Below, in pieces: positions 1 through 9,123 of a stretch of 32,000 nucleotides of DNA (position 1 is the stretch's first letter; each line of letters begins with the position of its first letter). This DNA is from Candidatus Thorarchaeota archaeon (GTDB lineage: Archaea > Asgardarchaeota > Thorarchaeia > Thorarchaeales > Thorarchaeaceae). The position numbers were made by a program, and so were the translations under genes. The stretch is taken from positions 330,001 through 362,000 of the forward strand of contig SHMX01000004.1 in the NCBI GenBank assembly GCA_008080745.1. Reading direction: 5' to 3'. Below the pieces are notes generated by a model. That model was not told the origin of the DNA. It did no database searches and worked only from the letters and a program-made list of their open reading frames with translations.

Positions 1-1
1 T

Positions 2-124
2 ACACTTGTAAATCGAATAATGGAACGTTGTCAAGGGAAGATCCTGATTGAAGATAGAGCTGTAGATGGTAGATCTCAGGGAACTAAATTTATTATACAT
101 ATTCCCCGTGTGCGTGGGGGATAA
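2..124 (+). CDS. 3' end (partial) of a sensor histidine kinase, HATPase_c C-terminus
   Basis: Frame 2 reads TLVNRIMERCQGKILIEDRAVDGRSQGTKFIIHIPRVRGG*, with TAA at 122-124. This fits the post-G2-box helix, G-x-I-x-I-E-D strand and G-T-x-F-x-I-x-I-P end of archaeal HATPase_c domains. Not in the ORF track; truncated by the window edge. Confidence 0.75.
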   Translation, partial: TLVNRIMERCQGKILIEDRAVDGRSQGTKFIIHIPRVRGG

Positions 125-130
125 TTATTC

Positions 131-496
131 TTATCGAGATTCGTAGTCTTCTATTGCTTTATGCAATGCCTCTGCTGCAAGATTGCTACAGTGCATCTTT
201 TGTGGTGGTAGCCCATCTAAAGCCTCAGCAACCTGACTACGTGTAATCTCCTTTGCTTCTTCTAAGGTCTTACCGATTGCCATCTGTGTCGTCATAGAGG
301 AGGTTGCAATTGCAGCTACACAACCAAATGTTTCCACCTTGATATCCTTTATCACACCATCAATGACTCGGATATACATTTTCAGCATATCTCCACAAAC
401 GGGATTTCCCACAGTTCCTACGCCGTCAGGGTTTTCCATTTTTCCCATATTTTGGGGGTCTCTAAAATTTTCCATTACCTTTTTGGAGTATGCCAT
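131..496 (-). CDS. iscU: IscU/NifU-N-type Fe-S cluster scaffold protein
   Basis: YSKKVMENFRDPQNMG, GNPVCGD (Cys plus conserved Asp), TFGCVAAIATSS and LPPQKMHCS: all three scaffold Cys and the LPPxK chaperone motif are present. Lies directly downstream of iscS. Confidence 0.96.
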   Translation of the reverse strand: MAYSKKVMENFRDPQNMGKMENPDGVGTVGNPVCGDMLKMYIRVIDGVIKDIKVETFGCVAAIATSSMTTQMAIGKTLEEAKEITRSQVAEALDGLPPQKMHCSNLAAEALHKAIEDYESR

Positions 497-555
497 TGAG
501 AATACCTCTTGTTTTCCCGGTTAATTGGTATCTATAATATTTGCTCTGATGGCAT

Positions 556-1773
556 TTACCAATCATCTTCTGGGAGATCGTGATGATGATCATGCTCATC
601 AGAATCGTCATTTGCAAAATATACTCCTGTTTTGAGTGGGCTAAATTCTCTCAGTCTTTCTACTGCAGGAACTAATGATTCTACTAATTCATCTATTTCT
701 TCTAGAGTGTTATATCTGGAGAATGACACTCGAACTGACCCATGTGATATTTCAGGGGGAAGTCCGATTGCTTTCAATACATGACTACCCTGCAGAGTCT
801 TTGATGAACATGCTGAACCAGTAGAAACAGAGAAACCATCCATATCTAATTGGACTAGTATTGATTCTCCTTCTATTTGTTCTATAACAATACTGAAAAT
901 ATTAGGTAATCTCTTTTCCGGGTGGCCGGTTACTCGATAATCTGTTAGATTTTCTGCTAGCTTTTCCTTTAGATGTTTACTAAGTTTTTCAAAGTGTTCA
1001 ATCTCATTGGCACTCCAGATTTCCACTGCTTTCGCAAAACCCACTGCTCCCGGAATATTCTCAATGCCTGGTCTCAGCCTTCGTTCTTCGTCTCCACCTT
1101 GCGTAATATTGGATATTTTGGTCCCTCTTTTGATATAGAGCACTCCAATCCCTTTAGGACCATGGATTCTGTGTGCGTCGATACTAATCAAATCCACAGG
1201 AATTTTCTTTGTATCCAATGGTATCTTCAAGTAACTTTGGCTTGCATCTGTATGAAATATTATCCCGTTCTTCGATGTGATCTTTGCAATATCTTCAATG
1301 GGTTGAATGGTGCCAATCTCTCCATTTGCATGTTGGATAGATATTAGAAATGTATCCTTTTGGATTAAATCTTTGAGATGGTCAAGGTCAACTCGTCCAG
1401 TTTCATCAACATTGACAGTGTCGATTTCAAAATTAAATTCCTTCAATGAATGAATCGTCTTTAGTACCGATTGTGTTTCTATGGGGCTAGTAATGACATG
1501 TTTTCGAGAACCGCTCTTTGCCTTTACTGACCCTTGGATAGCAATATTGTTTGATTCAGTTACACCTGATGTAAAAACAATTGCTCTAGAATCTGCATTA
1601 AGGGATTCTGCTATTATCTTTCGGGCATTTTCCAGTCCGGTTAATGCCCCAACATCTTGTGCATGACTTAGCTCAAGTCCTGCGGTCCCATAAAACTCCC
1701 GAAAATAAGGGAGCATGGCTTCAATGACTCGTTCGTCAACTCTGCTTGAATTTGCACTATCAAAATATGCCAT
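556..1773 (-). CDS. iscS: IscS/NifS-family cysteine desulfurase homolog (405 aa), PLP site degenerate
   Basis: Class V PLP fold motifs FTSGVTESNN, HANGEIGTIQPI, FHTDASQS, GPKG, RPGIEN and VSTGSACSS. The start is moved from 1845 to the ATG at 1773 (MAYFDS), one base after the upstream regulator's TGA (1777-1775). The PLP Lys is Arg (AGA, 1170-1168) and the EH His is Thr (ACA, 1476-1474). Confidence 0.9.
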   Translation of the reverse strand: MAYFDSANSSRVDERVIEAMLPYFREFYGTAGLELSHAQDVGALTGLENARKIIAESLNADSRAIVFTSGVTESNNIAIQGSVKAKSGSRKHVITSPIETQSVLKTIHSLKEFNFEIDTVNVDETGRVDLDHLKDLIQKDTFLISIQHANGEIGTIQPIEDIAKITSKNGIIFHTDASQSYLKIPLDTKKIPVDLISIDAHRIHGPKGIGVLYIKRGTKISNITQGGDEERRLRPGIENIPGAVGFAKAVEIWSANEIEHFEKLSKHLKEKLAENLTDYRVTGHPEKRLPNIFSIVIEQIEGESILVQLDMDGFSVSTGSACSSKTLQGSHVLKAIGLPPEISHGSVRVSFSRYNTLEEIDELVESLVPAVERLREFSPLKTGVYFANDDSDEHDHHHDLPEDDW

Positions 1774-1774
1774 A

Positions 1775-2227
1775 TCACTTGACACCGTCTTTACATGCCC
1801 TGCAATCCTCTGGAACATGTACACAGTGCTCGCGATGTATGTCACACATTATTCCCTTATCACGGAGAACCTTAATTATTCGATTAATCTCGTGAGTCAT
1901 ATTTTCGTAAATTTTAGACCTTTCTTCTTCGTTTTCTACTTTATCCCAAGTATCAAGAATTTTATCAACTGATTTGTCTATCTCCGGTTGGACCTCATCT
2001 GGAATCTCTATTTGATCTCCTCTGGATCTCTTGGAACGAGGAAGTTTGTATTGACTAACAGCCGCTTCGGTGACCCCCAACATTTTGGCTATGTTCTTTT
2101 GTGGCCTACCCCGTTCAATCATCTTCATAGCTATTTCTCTTCTGATTGCTGGTAGAACATACCATACTTCCAATTCTTGGGGCATTAGCCAGGTTCTCTT
2201 GGGTTTTCTTCTGGATTTTGATGACAA
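1775..2227 (-). CDS. Archaeal HTH transcriptional regulator (COG2522-like) with Cys/His-rich C-terminus
   Basis: MPQELEVWYVLPAIRREIA followed by HTH PQKNIAKMLGVTEAAVSQY; C-terminal CDIHREHCVHVPEDCRAC. TTG start preceded by AGGAGG. First gene of the iscS-iscU unit. Confidence 0.85.
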   Translation of the reverse strand: MSSKSRRKPKRTWLMPQELEVWYVLPAIRREIAMKMIERGRPQKNIAKMLGVTEAAVSQYKLPRSKRSRGDQIEIPDEVQPEIDKSVDKILDTWDKVENEEERSKIYENMTHEINRIIKVLRDKGIMCDIHREHCVHVPEDCRACKDGVK

Positions 2228-2323
2228 TTCGGTTCCTCCTATAACAGCTAGGAACTAATTCACTATTGTTTATATTTCGCACTACGTCATATAAGACTAT
2301 TGCCTTCGACATAGTTAATTTAG

Positions 2324-2341
2324 GATTGCCTTAGGGCAATC
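2324..2341. promoter_or_regulatory. Candidate operator: inverted repeat GATTGCC-ttag-GGCAATC in the divergent regulator/cobB intergenic region
   Basis: Perfect 7-bp arms (2324-2330 and 2335-2341); the half-site ATTGCCTT recurs at 2299-2306. Confidence 0.4.
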
Positions 2342-2392
2342 ATTGCGAATAACTTACGCTTATTAAAGGATACTATTGTTAATCTATCCGCT

Positions 2393-3121
2393 ATGAATGA
2401 TATTCTAAAATTAGCTGCTTCCACAATACAAGGTTCAGAGTATTTAGTTTCACTTACTGGTGCAGGAATCTCAAAAGAATCGAATGTACCAACTTTTCGT
2501 GGTGCTGATGGTCTTTGGAAAAATCATGATGCTATGGAATTGGCTACTCCTCAAGCATTTAGAAAGGATTCCAAACTCGTCTGGGAGTGGTATTCTTGGA
2601 GACAGGGTCTAATTGCTGAATGTTCTCCAAATCCTGGTCATGATACATTAGCAAAGTGGGAACAACAAGGGCTACTAAAATGTCTAATCACTCAAAATGT
2701 AGATGGTCTTCATAGAAGAGCTAAATCTGAAAAAGTTTTAGAGGTACATGGAGATTTATGGGCAATAAAGTGCACCGAATGTTCCTATCATTCTAGACTG
2801 AGCAAACCTGCAGATGGAATCCCCAAATGTCCCGAATGTGGTTCAAAGTTGCGACCTGATGTTGTTTGGTTTGGTGAGTCACTGAATCCTGAAATCATGA
2901 AATCAGTGTATAGAGAATTAGAATTAGCTGATACTATCATAGTCATTGGTACTTCTGCATTGGTTCAACCAGCTGCATCATTTCCATTGCTGGTAAAACA
3001 ACAAGGCGGAAAAATCATTGAACTGAACATCGAGGAAACACCCCTTACTAGATATGTTGATGTGCATATTTCCGGTCCCTCTGGTGTAATGCTTCCAAAA
3101 ATAGATGAGTTACTTGAATAA
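2393..3121 (+). CDS. cobB: NAD-dependent protein deacylase, Sir2/CobB family
   Basis: TGAGISKESNVPTFRG, TQNVDGLH, HGDL, Zn ribbon CxxC...CxxC, RPDVVWFGE, GTSALVQPA and ELN motifs. Confidence 0.96.
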   Translation: MNDILKLAASTIQGSEYLVSLTGAGISKESNVPTFRGADGLWKNHDAMELATPQAFRKDSKLVWEWYSWRQGLIAECSPNPGHDTLAKWEQQGLLKCLITQNVDGLHRRAKSEKVLEVHGDLWAIKCTECSYHSRLSKPADGIPKCPECGSKLRPDVVWFGESLNPEIMKSVYRELELADTIIVIGTSALVQPAASFPLLVKQQGGKIIELNIEETPLTRYVDVHISGPSGVMLPKIDELLE

Positions 3122-3123
3122 TT

Positions 3124-4032
3124 CTATTTTCGAATTGCCCGCAGCTTCCCCCTCGCCCATTCAGCTTCTCTTTGTTTACCTAGTTGTTCGTAGAGAAGGC
3201 TGAGTTCCTGCCAAGCGATGGGTTGCATAGGGTCGATCAGAACAATCCGTTCGTATGCACTTGCAGCATCACGAATATTACCTGCTCTTTGAAGTGCAAT
3301 CGCCATCCCTAAGAGTGCTTCCACTGAGTCAGGATTTAGTTTGACAGCCTCTCGCATGACTCTAGCCGCATCCGTGAAACGTTCCTCCTTAAGGAATGCA
3401 GTTCCAAGCTCTATCCAAATCTGATAGTCTGATGGGTCTATTTTGCTTGCTCGGAAGAGAGCTTTACTTGCATCCTCAAATCGGTTCATTTTGAGCAAGA
3501 CTTTTCCGAGGTTAAACCATCCCTCTTTTGAATCATAATTTATCCTAGTTGCCTGATAGAACGCTTTAGCGGCCTCTGAATCCTCTTTGAGATTCAAGAG
3601 TACATGACCCAGTCTAACCCATGCTCTTTCGTCCTCTTCATTACTCTCAAGGTATTTCTCAAAAGCATATTTTGCTTTTTCCCATTCACTTTGAACAAGA
3701 TATTGTTCGCCCAGAACTAGCCATTCCTCTGGTGTGAGTACCTCTTCTGGCTCCTCAATAGTCGGCTCTACTATATCTTCAGACTCAACAACTTCAGGGA
3801 GCTTTCGGTGATCTTTTACTTCGTACCCTTCTCCTAGTTTTTCAACTGCTTGATGCAATTGCTCGATTGTTTCTCTGGCACTTTCTGGACTGAGATTCTC
3901 TAGGTCCATACCAATGAATGCAGCACTGATGTCTCCTTGTACTTCTGCTAGAATAGACTCGACTTCAGCAGCAAGTCTCAGACCTTCAGTGATGTCCTTA
4001 TCGTCATTTGTTTCGCTATCTTGGCTCTGCAT
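3124..4032 (-). CDS. Tetratricopeptide-repeat protein with acidic N-terminal region
   Basis: About 6 TPR units (e.g. AWVRLGHVLLNLKEDSEAAKAFYQATRINYD, IWIELGTAFLKEERFTDAARVMREAVKLNPD) after about 100 acidic residues. Confidence 0.85.
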   Translation of the reverse strand: MQSQDSETNDDKDITEGLRLAAEVESILAEVQGDISAAFIGMDLENLSPESARETIEQLHQAVEKLGEGYEVKDHRKLPEVVESEDIVEPTIEEPEEVLTPEEWLVLGEQYLVQSEWEKAKYAFEKYLESNEEDERAWVRLGHVLLNLKEDSEAAKAFYQATRINYDSKEGWFNLGKVLLKMNRFEDASKALFRASKIDPSDYQIWIELGTAFLKEERFTDAARVMREAVKLNPDSVEALLGMAIALQRAGNIRDAASAYERIVLIDPMQPIAWQELSLLYEQLGKQREAEWARGKLRAIRK

Positions 4033-4228
4033 TGAAAGATCCCCTTGTAATATATGGATGAACCTAACTCATTATTGGTAAGAATCCGAGATATGTTCTT
4101 TTTGCTTGGTGTTTTTTCATAAGAAAAACTGCCTTTAGAGCCTTACGCCCCTATATTGTACCTAATTTTCCCTGATGTAATAGAATTGGTAAGAGATAAA
4201 TGCTTGAATAAATGCACTCGTTAACAAG

Positions 4229-5233
4229 GTGAGTTCATTGAAAGTCCTTGTGACTGGTGGTACCGGATTTATTGGCCGTAGATTAATTAAGAAATTAGTA
4301 GATGAGGACCATGAGGTATATGCTTTTGTCCGTTCTACGAGTAATCGAAGTGGATTACCAGAAAGTGTGATCTTTAGAGAAGGAGACCTGTTGGATTCAG
4401 AGTCTCTAGAAGAAGCCGTAGAGGGAATGGATGCAGTTATTCATTTGGCTGCTTACTTTGATTTTTATCCAAAGGATGTTGATTTGTTATACAAAATCAA
4501 TGTAGATGGTACAAAGAATCTCATGAATGCCTGTGTTGGCACCTCAGTAGCACGTTTCATCTACTGTTCCACTACGGAAACAATTGGACCTGTTCGCTAT
4601 CCTCCAGCAAGCGAGGATACGGAATTGCGTCCACAATTCGATTATGGGGAGAGTAAGGTATTAGCTGAGAAGGCAGTTAGAGAAATATCCAGCGATACTG
4701 ATCTTGCTCATATTATAATTCGCCCCACAGGAGTATTGGGTGAAGGCGACCTTTATACTGCATATGAACTCATCAAAGCACTGAATGATGGAGAGATACC
4801 GGTACTTCCTGGGGACGGAAACAAACATGTCATGTACACACATGTCGATGATGTGGTTCGTGGCTTTGTTGCTGCCTTGACATCTCAATCTGCACTAAAT
4901 ACCACTATCATTCTCTGCCCTGACGAGCCCATGAAATACAAGGAATTGGTTGAATTCCTGACCAATTATCTGGGAGTAGATGCTCCAAAGAGGCGTATTC
5001 CCACCTCTCTCGCAAAAATTGGTATAGGACTGTTAAGCCCCATAAAAAATCGTGGACGGAATACTTTCCTATGGCATACCCAGACAATTCAGAGTATGGA
5101 TGAGGACCGTTGGTATGAGAATAAACGTGCCAAAAGATTGCTTGGTTGGTCTCCCAAGTTTACAATGCAAGAGGGACTGAAACGAGCAATTGACTGGTAC
5201 TATGAACATGACTATCTCGAACGGAGACAATAA
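4229..5233 (+). CDS. Extended SDR, NAD-dependent epimerase/dehydratase family
   Basis: VLVTGGTGFIG Rossmann motif, VIHLAA, NVDGT, YGESK (YxxxK), IIIRP. GTG start. Confidence 0.9.
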   Translation: MSSLKVLVTGGTGFIGRRLIKKLVDEDHEVYAFVRSTSNRSGLPESVIFREGDLLDSESLEEAVEGMDAVIHLAAYFDFYPKDVDLLYKINVDGTKNLMNACVGTSVARFIYCSTTETIGPVRYPPASEDTELRPQFDYGESKVLAEKAVREISSDTDLAHIIIRPTGVLGEGDLYTAYELIKALNDGEIPVLPGDGNKHVMYTHVDDVVRGFVAALTSQSALNTTIILCPDEPMKYKELVEFLTNYLGVDAPKRRIPTSLAKIGIGLLSPIKNRGRNTFLWHTQTIQSMDEDRWYENKRAKRLLGWSPKFTMQEGLKRAIDWYYEHDYLERRQ

Positions 5234-5235
5234 TC

Positions 5236-6828
5236 ATGGACCCAATCATTTCAATATTTCTAATCATATTGCCAATTATTCTTGCTTTCGTAATGCTTGT
5301 CTTTCTGAAAAAGGCTGCTGACACTACTGGCGTTGTTGTCTGGCTTGTAACATTGATTATTTCCATTATTGCTTTTCAAACAGATCCTGGCATCGCATTA
5401 TTAGCCAGTGTTGCGGGAATTGTGCGTTCATTTCCGATATCGCTGATGGTCGCAACCTCAATCCTGATGATTACTTGGATGCAAGAAACTGGTGCATTAC
5501 AACGTCTTATTGTGTTCTTCAAGACTCTAGGTGGTGGAAGTCGTCCTATGCAAATCATGCTGATTAGTCTGGGACTCGGACTCTTTCTTGTGGGAATTGG
5601 AGCTACCCCAGTTTCCATGTTACCCCCTGTCATGTTAGCTCTCGGATTCAATCCATTGGTCGCTGTTGCATTACCCTCTATTGGATATGATCCACTTACA
5701 ACTTTTGCACTTCTTGGAGTTCCTGCTGTTGTTTTTACTGATGTGTATAATGCCTCCGCAGGTACCAGTCTGGCACTCTGGGAAACTGGAAGTGTTTTTG
5801 CACTATTTATGCCTGTTATCACGACAGGTATCGCTCTATCTATGCTATGGATTGCTGGCGGTAAGGAAATGCTGAAGGACAAAGAGGGTGTTCTTCTTGC
5901 TGTTATCTGTGGAGTTACTGCTGGTGGTATTGCCATCATAATGAATCTCCAGTTTGTTAATCTGACAACGTTGACCAATGTCTTTGCTGGCGCAGCAGTA
6001 ATGGGTATATTATTCCTCTATACACGGTTGAGGAAACGCTCCTTTATTGATAGGAGTATTCTTGATGAGAAGGATCTTGAGATAGAACAAAACATGGATC
6101 TCAAACGAGCTAGTATTCCATGGGTTATTCTAGTCATTTTATGTCTCGCCACGAACTTGATTATGCCTATCCGAGATTTTCTCTTTACCGACTTAGCTCT
6201 GCCTATTATCATTCCAGGAACAGCTCCTATTGCTACACGCTTCTTCTGGCAGGCATATACTTTGATGTTGATTTCTACATTCGCAGCAATGCCTTTCTTT
6301 AAGACTGACAAGGAAGTACTTGGTCGCACTTTCAATAAATTCATGGCACGGGCACCCCGTCCTGTACTAGCCGCTGCAATCTTCTTCGCAATGGCAGAAG
6401 TGATGGTTAGAAGTGGTTACGTATGGGTTGATGGTCTCTGGACCTTGCTTGAACCAACTAACAACATGATCTATGTCTTAGCAACCGCAACATCTAGTAC
6501 TATTGGAATCGCATATCCACTCACAGCTGCATTTCTTGGACTGCTTGGCGGATTCATCTCGGGGTCTGAAACATCGGCAATTGCTATGTTCACTGATTAT
6601 CATTATACAACTAGCACATTGATTGGTGCAAATCCAGTGGTAGTATCAGCTTCTAATGGTATAGGTGGAGGTCTCGCAAGTGTTCTCAGTCCCGCAAAGA
6701 TTCAGAACGCTGCTGCTGTAATCGATAAGATCGGCATTGAAGGAGAAGTAATCAGATATGGTGCTGTTGTTGCATTAATCATGACAGCTGCAGTTGCCAT
6801 CATGACAATGATCTGGGCATTTGTTTAG
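5236..6828 (+). CDS. lctP: L-lactate permease (LctP/GlcA) family transporter
   Basis: Multi-pass hydrophobic protein of 530 aa with family-like segments LGGFISGSETSAIAMF and SNGIGGGLASVLSPAKIQNAAA. Starts 2 nt after the SDR stop. Confidence 0.8.
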   Translation: MDPIISIFLIILPIILAFVMLVFLKKAADTTGVVVWLVTLIISIIAFQTDPGIALLASVAGIVRSFPISLMVATSILMITWMQETGALQRLIVFFKTLGGGSRPMQIMLISLGLGLFLVGIGATPVSMLPPVMLALGFNPLVAVALPSIGYDPLTTFALLGVPAVVFTDVYNASAGTSLALWETGSVFALFMPVITTGIALSMLWIAGGKEMLKDKEGVLLAVICGVTAGGIAIIMNLQFVNLTTLTNVFAGAAVMGILFLYTRLRKRSFIDRSILDEKDLEIEQNMDLKRASIPWVILVILCLATNLIMPIRDFLFTDLALPIIIPGTAPIATRFFWQAYTLMLISTFAAMPFFKTDKEVLGRTFNKFMARAPRPVLAAAIFFAMAEVMVRSGYVWVDGLWTLLEPTNNMIYVLATATSSTIGIAYPLTAAFLGLLGGFISGSETSAIAMFTDYHYTTSTLIGANPVVVSASNGIGGGLASVLSPAKIQNAAAVIDKIGIEGEVIRYGAVVALIMTAAVAIMTMIWAFV

Positions 6829-6838
6829 CCCTTAAGAA

Positions 6839-6865
6839 TGGAGAGATTGGACTCTCCACTTTTCC
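6839..6865. terminator. Hairpin between convergent genes (TGGAGAG-attgga-CTCTCCA then CTTTT)
   Basis: Perfect 7-bp stem (6839-6845 and 6852-6858) in the 39-nt gap between two convergent stop codons. Confidence 0.5.
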
Positions 6866-6867
6866 TC

Positions 6868-7743
6868 CTATTTTACATTGATTTCATCATAGAGATGGGT
6901 CATCCCAACTATCATCATTGGAAGTACAACAAATCCATCAAAGAAGGCACCCAAACCTGCGATTGCAACCAGAAAACTCTGGAATGGATCTGTCCCTGGT
7001 GTGACAAAGCCAAAGAAGAATACATGAAGTACAATCGGAATAAACCACACAATGAGCATAAAGAGATAGAATAGCCACATTAGGAACACCTCTTTGATAT
7101 TGCTCTTCACTAAATTGAATGAGTTCACAAGACCTTCAATTGCACCTTTTCCAGAAACAACACTTGGTACATACATCATCAAAAGCCCCATCATAACAAA
7201 GAATATTGCTAAACCAATGAAGCCAATAATCCAATCTAGAGGATATACTACTGGTCTTCCTACAATCTCCGTTAGAATAACTACAGTGATACTTCCTGGT
7301 GCTAAGGAGAGAAGAGATAAGACAATTCCTGTAATTAGGTATCGTTCTTTTCCTCTCTTCAACCAATCAAATGGTTTTATGGGAAAGTCAGTGCTTTCAA
7401 AGAGAATGGATCTCACCAATCCGTATATAGGAAATACAAACCATACGCCAATTGCATAGAGAGGGACAATGATTGAAATGATTAGACTTGGCAGAAGAAG
7501 GGTAATATCTCCTTGAGTAAGAATGGGCCACCATGAAGTAAGGTAGTCCATAAATGCATCAACGAATGTAATTGATGGATTAATAATCACTATTCCCATT
7601 GCAACTACGAGACTGAATAAAGAGAAAACAATACCAATCACTATTGCCATCGGGATTTCAGCAATGACGAATTTTAGGAAATTATCTTTCCAGACTTGAA
7701 AACTGGTTTTGATACGGTTAGTTGTCGTTGTCATGTCTGCCAT
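6868..7743 (-). CDS. Hypothetical integral membrane protein (about 6-7 TM)
   Basis: Long hydrophobic segments. The pattern GAIEGLVNSFNLVKSNIKEVF resembles uncharacterised membrane-anchor domains; no specific family recognised. Confidence 0.75.
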   Translation of the reverse strand: MADMTTTTNRIKTSFQVWKDNFLKFVIAEIPMAIVIGIVFSLFSLVVAMGIVIINPSITFVDAFMDYLTSWWPILTQGDITLLLPSLIISIIVPLYAIGVWFVFPIYGLVRSILFESTDFPIKPFDWLKRGKERYLITGIVLSLLSLAPGSITVVILTEIVGRPVVYPLDWIIGFIGLAIFFVMMGLLMMYVPSVVSGKGAIEGLVNSFNLVKSNIKEVFLMWLFYLFMLIVWFIPIVLHVFFFGFVTPGTDPFQSFLVAIAGLGAFFDGFVVLPMMIVGMTHLYDEINVK

Positions 7744-7807
7744 GTCCTTTCTTTACGTACGAATATATTATTTAATTAGAGCTATATTTCACTTGCTCTT
7801 TCAACCA

Positions 7808-8677
7808 TTATTCAACATTAACCAGTTTTGTTATCTTTGAAATGATTTTGTCAAGTATATCTGGGTTCTCAAAGCTGAGATCTATCGCCTCCTCGGGACA
7901 TAATTCGACACACCTTCCACAACCTCTGCATTCCTCCGTTATCATGGCTTTTCCATTTACCATTCTTATCGCGTCTGCAAAACATCCTGCATCGATGCAG
8001 GTTCTACATCCAATGCAATCTTCGGATACTTCAACTTTCACACCTTCAAGACGCTTGATTTTCTTTGAGATATTGGGATGAATATGAGGTATCACTCGCC
8101 AAAGACAACAGCAGGAACAACAATTGCAGATACTCAATAGGTTCTCTATCGGTCCCACATTCAACCATACAGCATCAAGCTTCTGTCTACCTATCATATG
8201 GACAAGTCCCTCCTCTCTACACCTTCTCAAGTGTTCCTTTGCAGCTTTAGCAGATACCAACCTACCTAATTCAGGATTAATGTCTGCGGCAGCTTTTCCC
8301 ATGAAGATACAACCTAAATCTCGCGAATGACTTTCACATTTCATCGAGGTACGACAGGGGCAAAAATCCATCAGAAAAATATTCTCTGCTCTATCGAGAA
8401 AATTTTCTAAAATTTGAGATGGAACTACTCTACTCTCGGGAGCACCGATTTCTTTGTTAATTGGAATTACAATGTCTTTCGGGAGATATGTGATATCGTC
8501 TCCTTCAAACAAGGCATAATCTATGACTCTACCAATTAGAGGTGCATTAGTGAGTTTTGCAATGTTGATTACCTGTCGAAATGTCTTCAAGACAATCTGA
8601 ACAAACCAATATGGTGATCCCATACACTCTTTAGAAATATCATCACTTTTATCTCCACTTGCTTCTATTAGTATCAA
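7808..8677 (-). CDS. Multi-Cys 4Fe-4S binding protein with C-terminal 2[4Fe-4S] ferredoxin domain
   Basis: CPCR...C...GC, ICNCCSCCCLW, then CIGCRTCIDAGC and CRGCGRCVELCP. TTG start 3 nt after the phhB stop. Confidence 0.88.
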   Translation of the reverse strand: MILIEASGDKSDDISKECMGSPYWFVQIVLKTFRQVINIAKLTNAPLIGRVIDYALFEGDDITYLPKDIVIPINKEIGAPESRVVPSQILENFLDRAENIFLMDFCPCRTSMKCESHSRDLGCIFMGKAAADINPELGRLVSAKAAKEHLRRCREEGLVHMIGRQKLDAVWLNVGPIENLLSICNCCSCCCLWRVIPHIHPNISKKIKRLEGVKVEVSEDCIGCRTCIDAGCFADAIRMVNGKAMITEECRGCGRCVELCPEEAIDLSFENPDILDKIISKITKLVNVE

Positions 8678-8680
8678 GTC

Positions 8681-9025
8681 TTATTCTGCCAACTCGTCAA
8701 TCTTGGCAGCCATTACAAAGTCGTTGTCATGTAAGCCATCGATTGCATGAGTCCAGAGCGTGAGAGTAACTTCATTCCAGTGAATTGCGATATCGGGGTG
8801 ATGTCCTTGTTCTTCTGCTAAGTCTGCTACTTTGTTCACAAAATTCATGGCCTCTTTAAAATCCTCGAATTTGTATGTCTTCTTTATTTGGTCTGGTCCT
8901 TGCTTATCATGTTCCCAACCAGAAACTGCATCCATCATTTCTGATATCTTTGATTCTTCTAGAGGTGGTATACCTCCCTCACAGGGAACACATTTCATGC
9001 CTAACAGATCTTCTCGAGATGTCAT
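8681..9025 (-). CDS. phhB: Pterin-4-alpha-carbinolamine dehydratase
   Basis: CVPCEGG N-terminus, FEDFKEAMNFVNKVA, EEQGHHPDI (HHP catalytic motif), LWTHAIDGLHDNDFVMAAKID. Confidence 0.93.
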   Translation of the reverse strand: MTSREDLLGMKCVPCEGGIPPLEESKISEMMDAVSGWEHDKQGPDQIKKTYKFEDFKEAMNFVNKVADLAEEQGHHPDIAIHWNEVTLTLWTHAIDGLHDNDFVMAAKIDELAE

Positions 9026-9123
9026 AATTAACTATTGATAATATAATATTTACATCTTCGGGTCTGTTAGTATTATTGTTTCAAATGAGCAACTATATGA
9101 GTTTCATCAGAGAATAGTAGAGT

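Noticed and set aside
556-615. His/Asp-rich IscS tail (DDSDEHDHHHDLPEDDW) as a dedicated iron donor, and its likeness to the TBP end (PEGEDWD)
   Set aside because: The tail is real and might bind metal, but short acidic/His tails are common and variable. There is no further support, and the likeness to TBP is probably coincidence.
1774-1845. 24-aa N-terminal extension of IscS given in the ORF track
   Set aside because: It overlaps the 3' end of the upstream regulator; family similarity starts at MAYFD (ATG 1773), one base after the regulator's stop.
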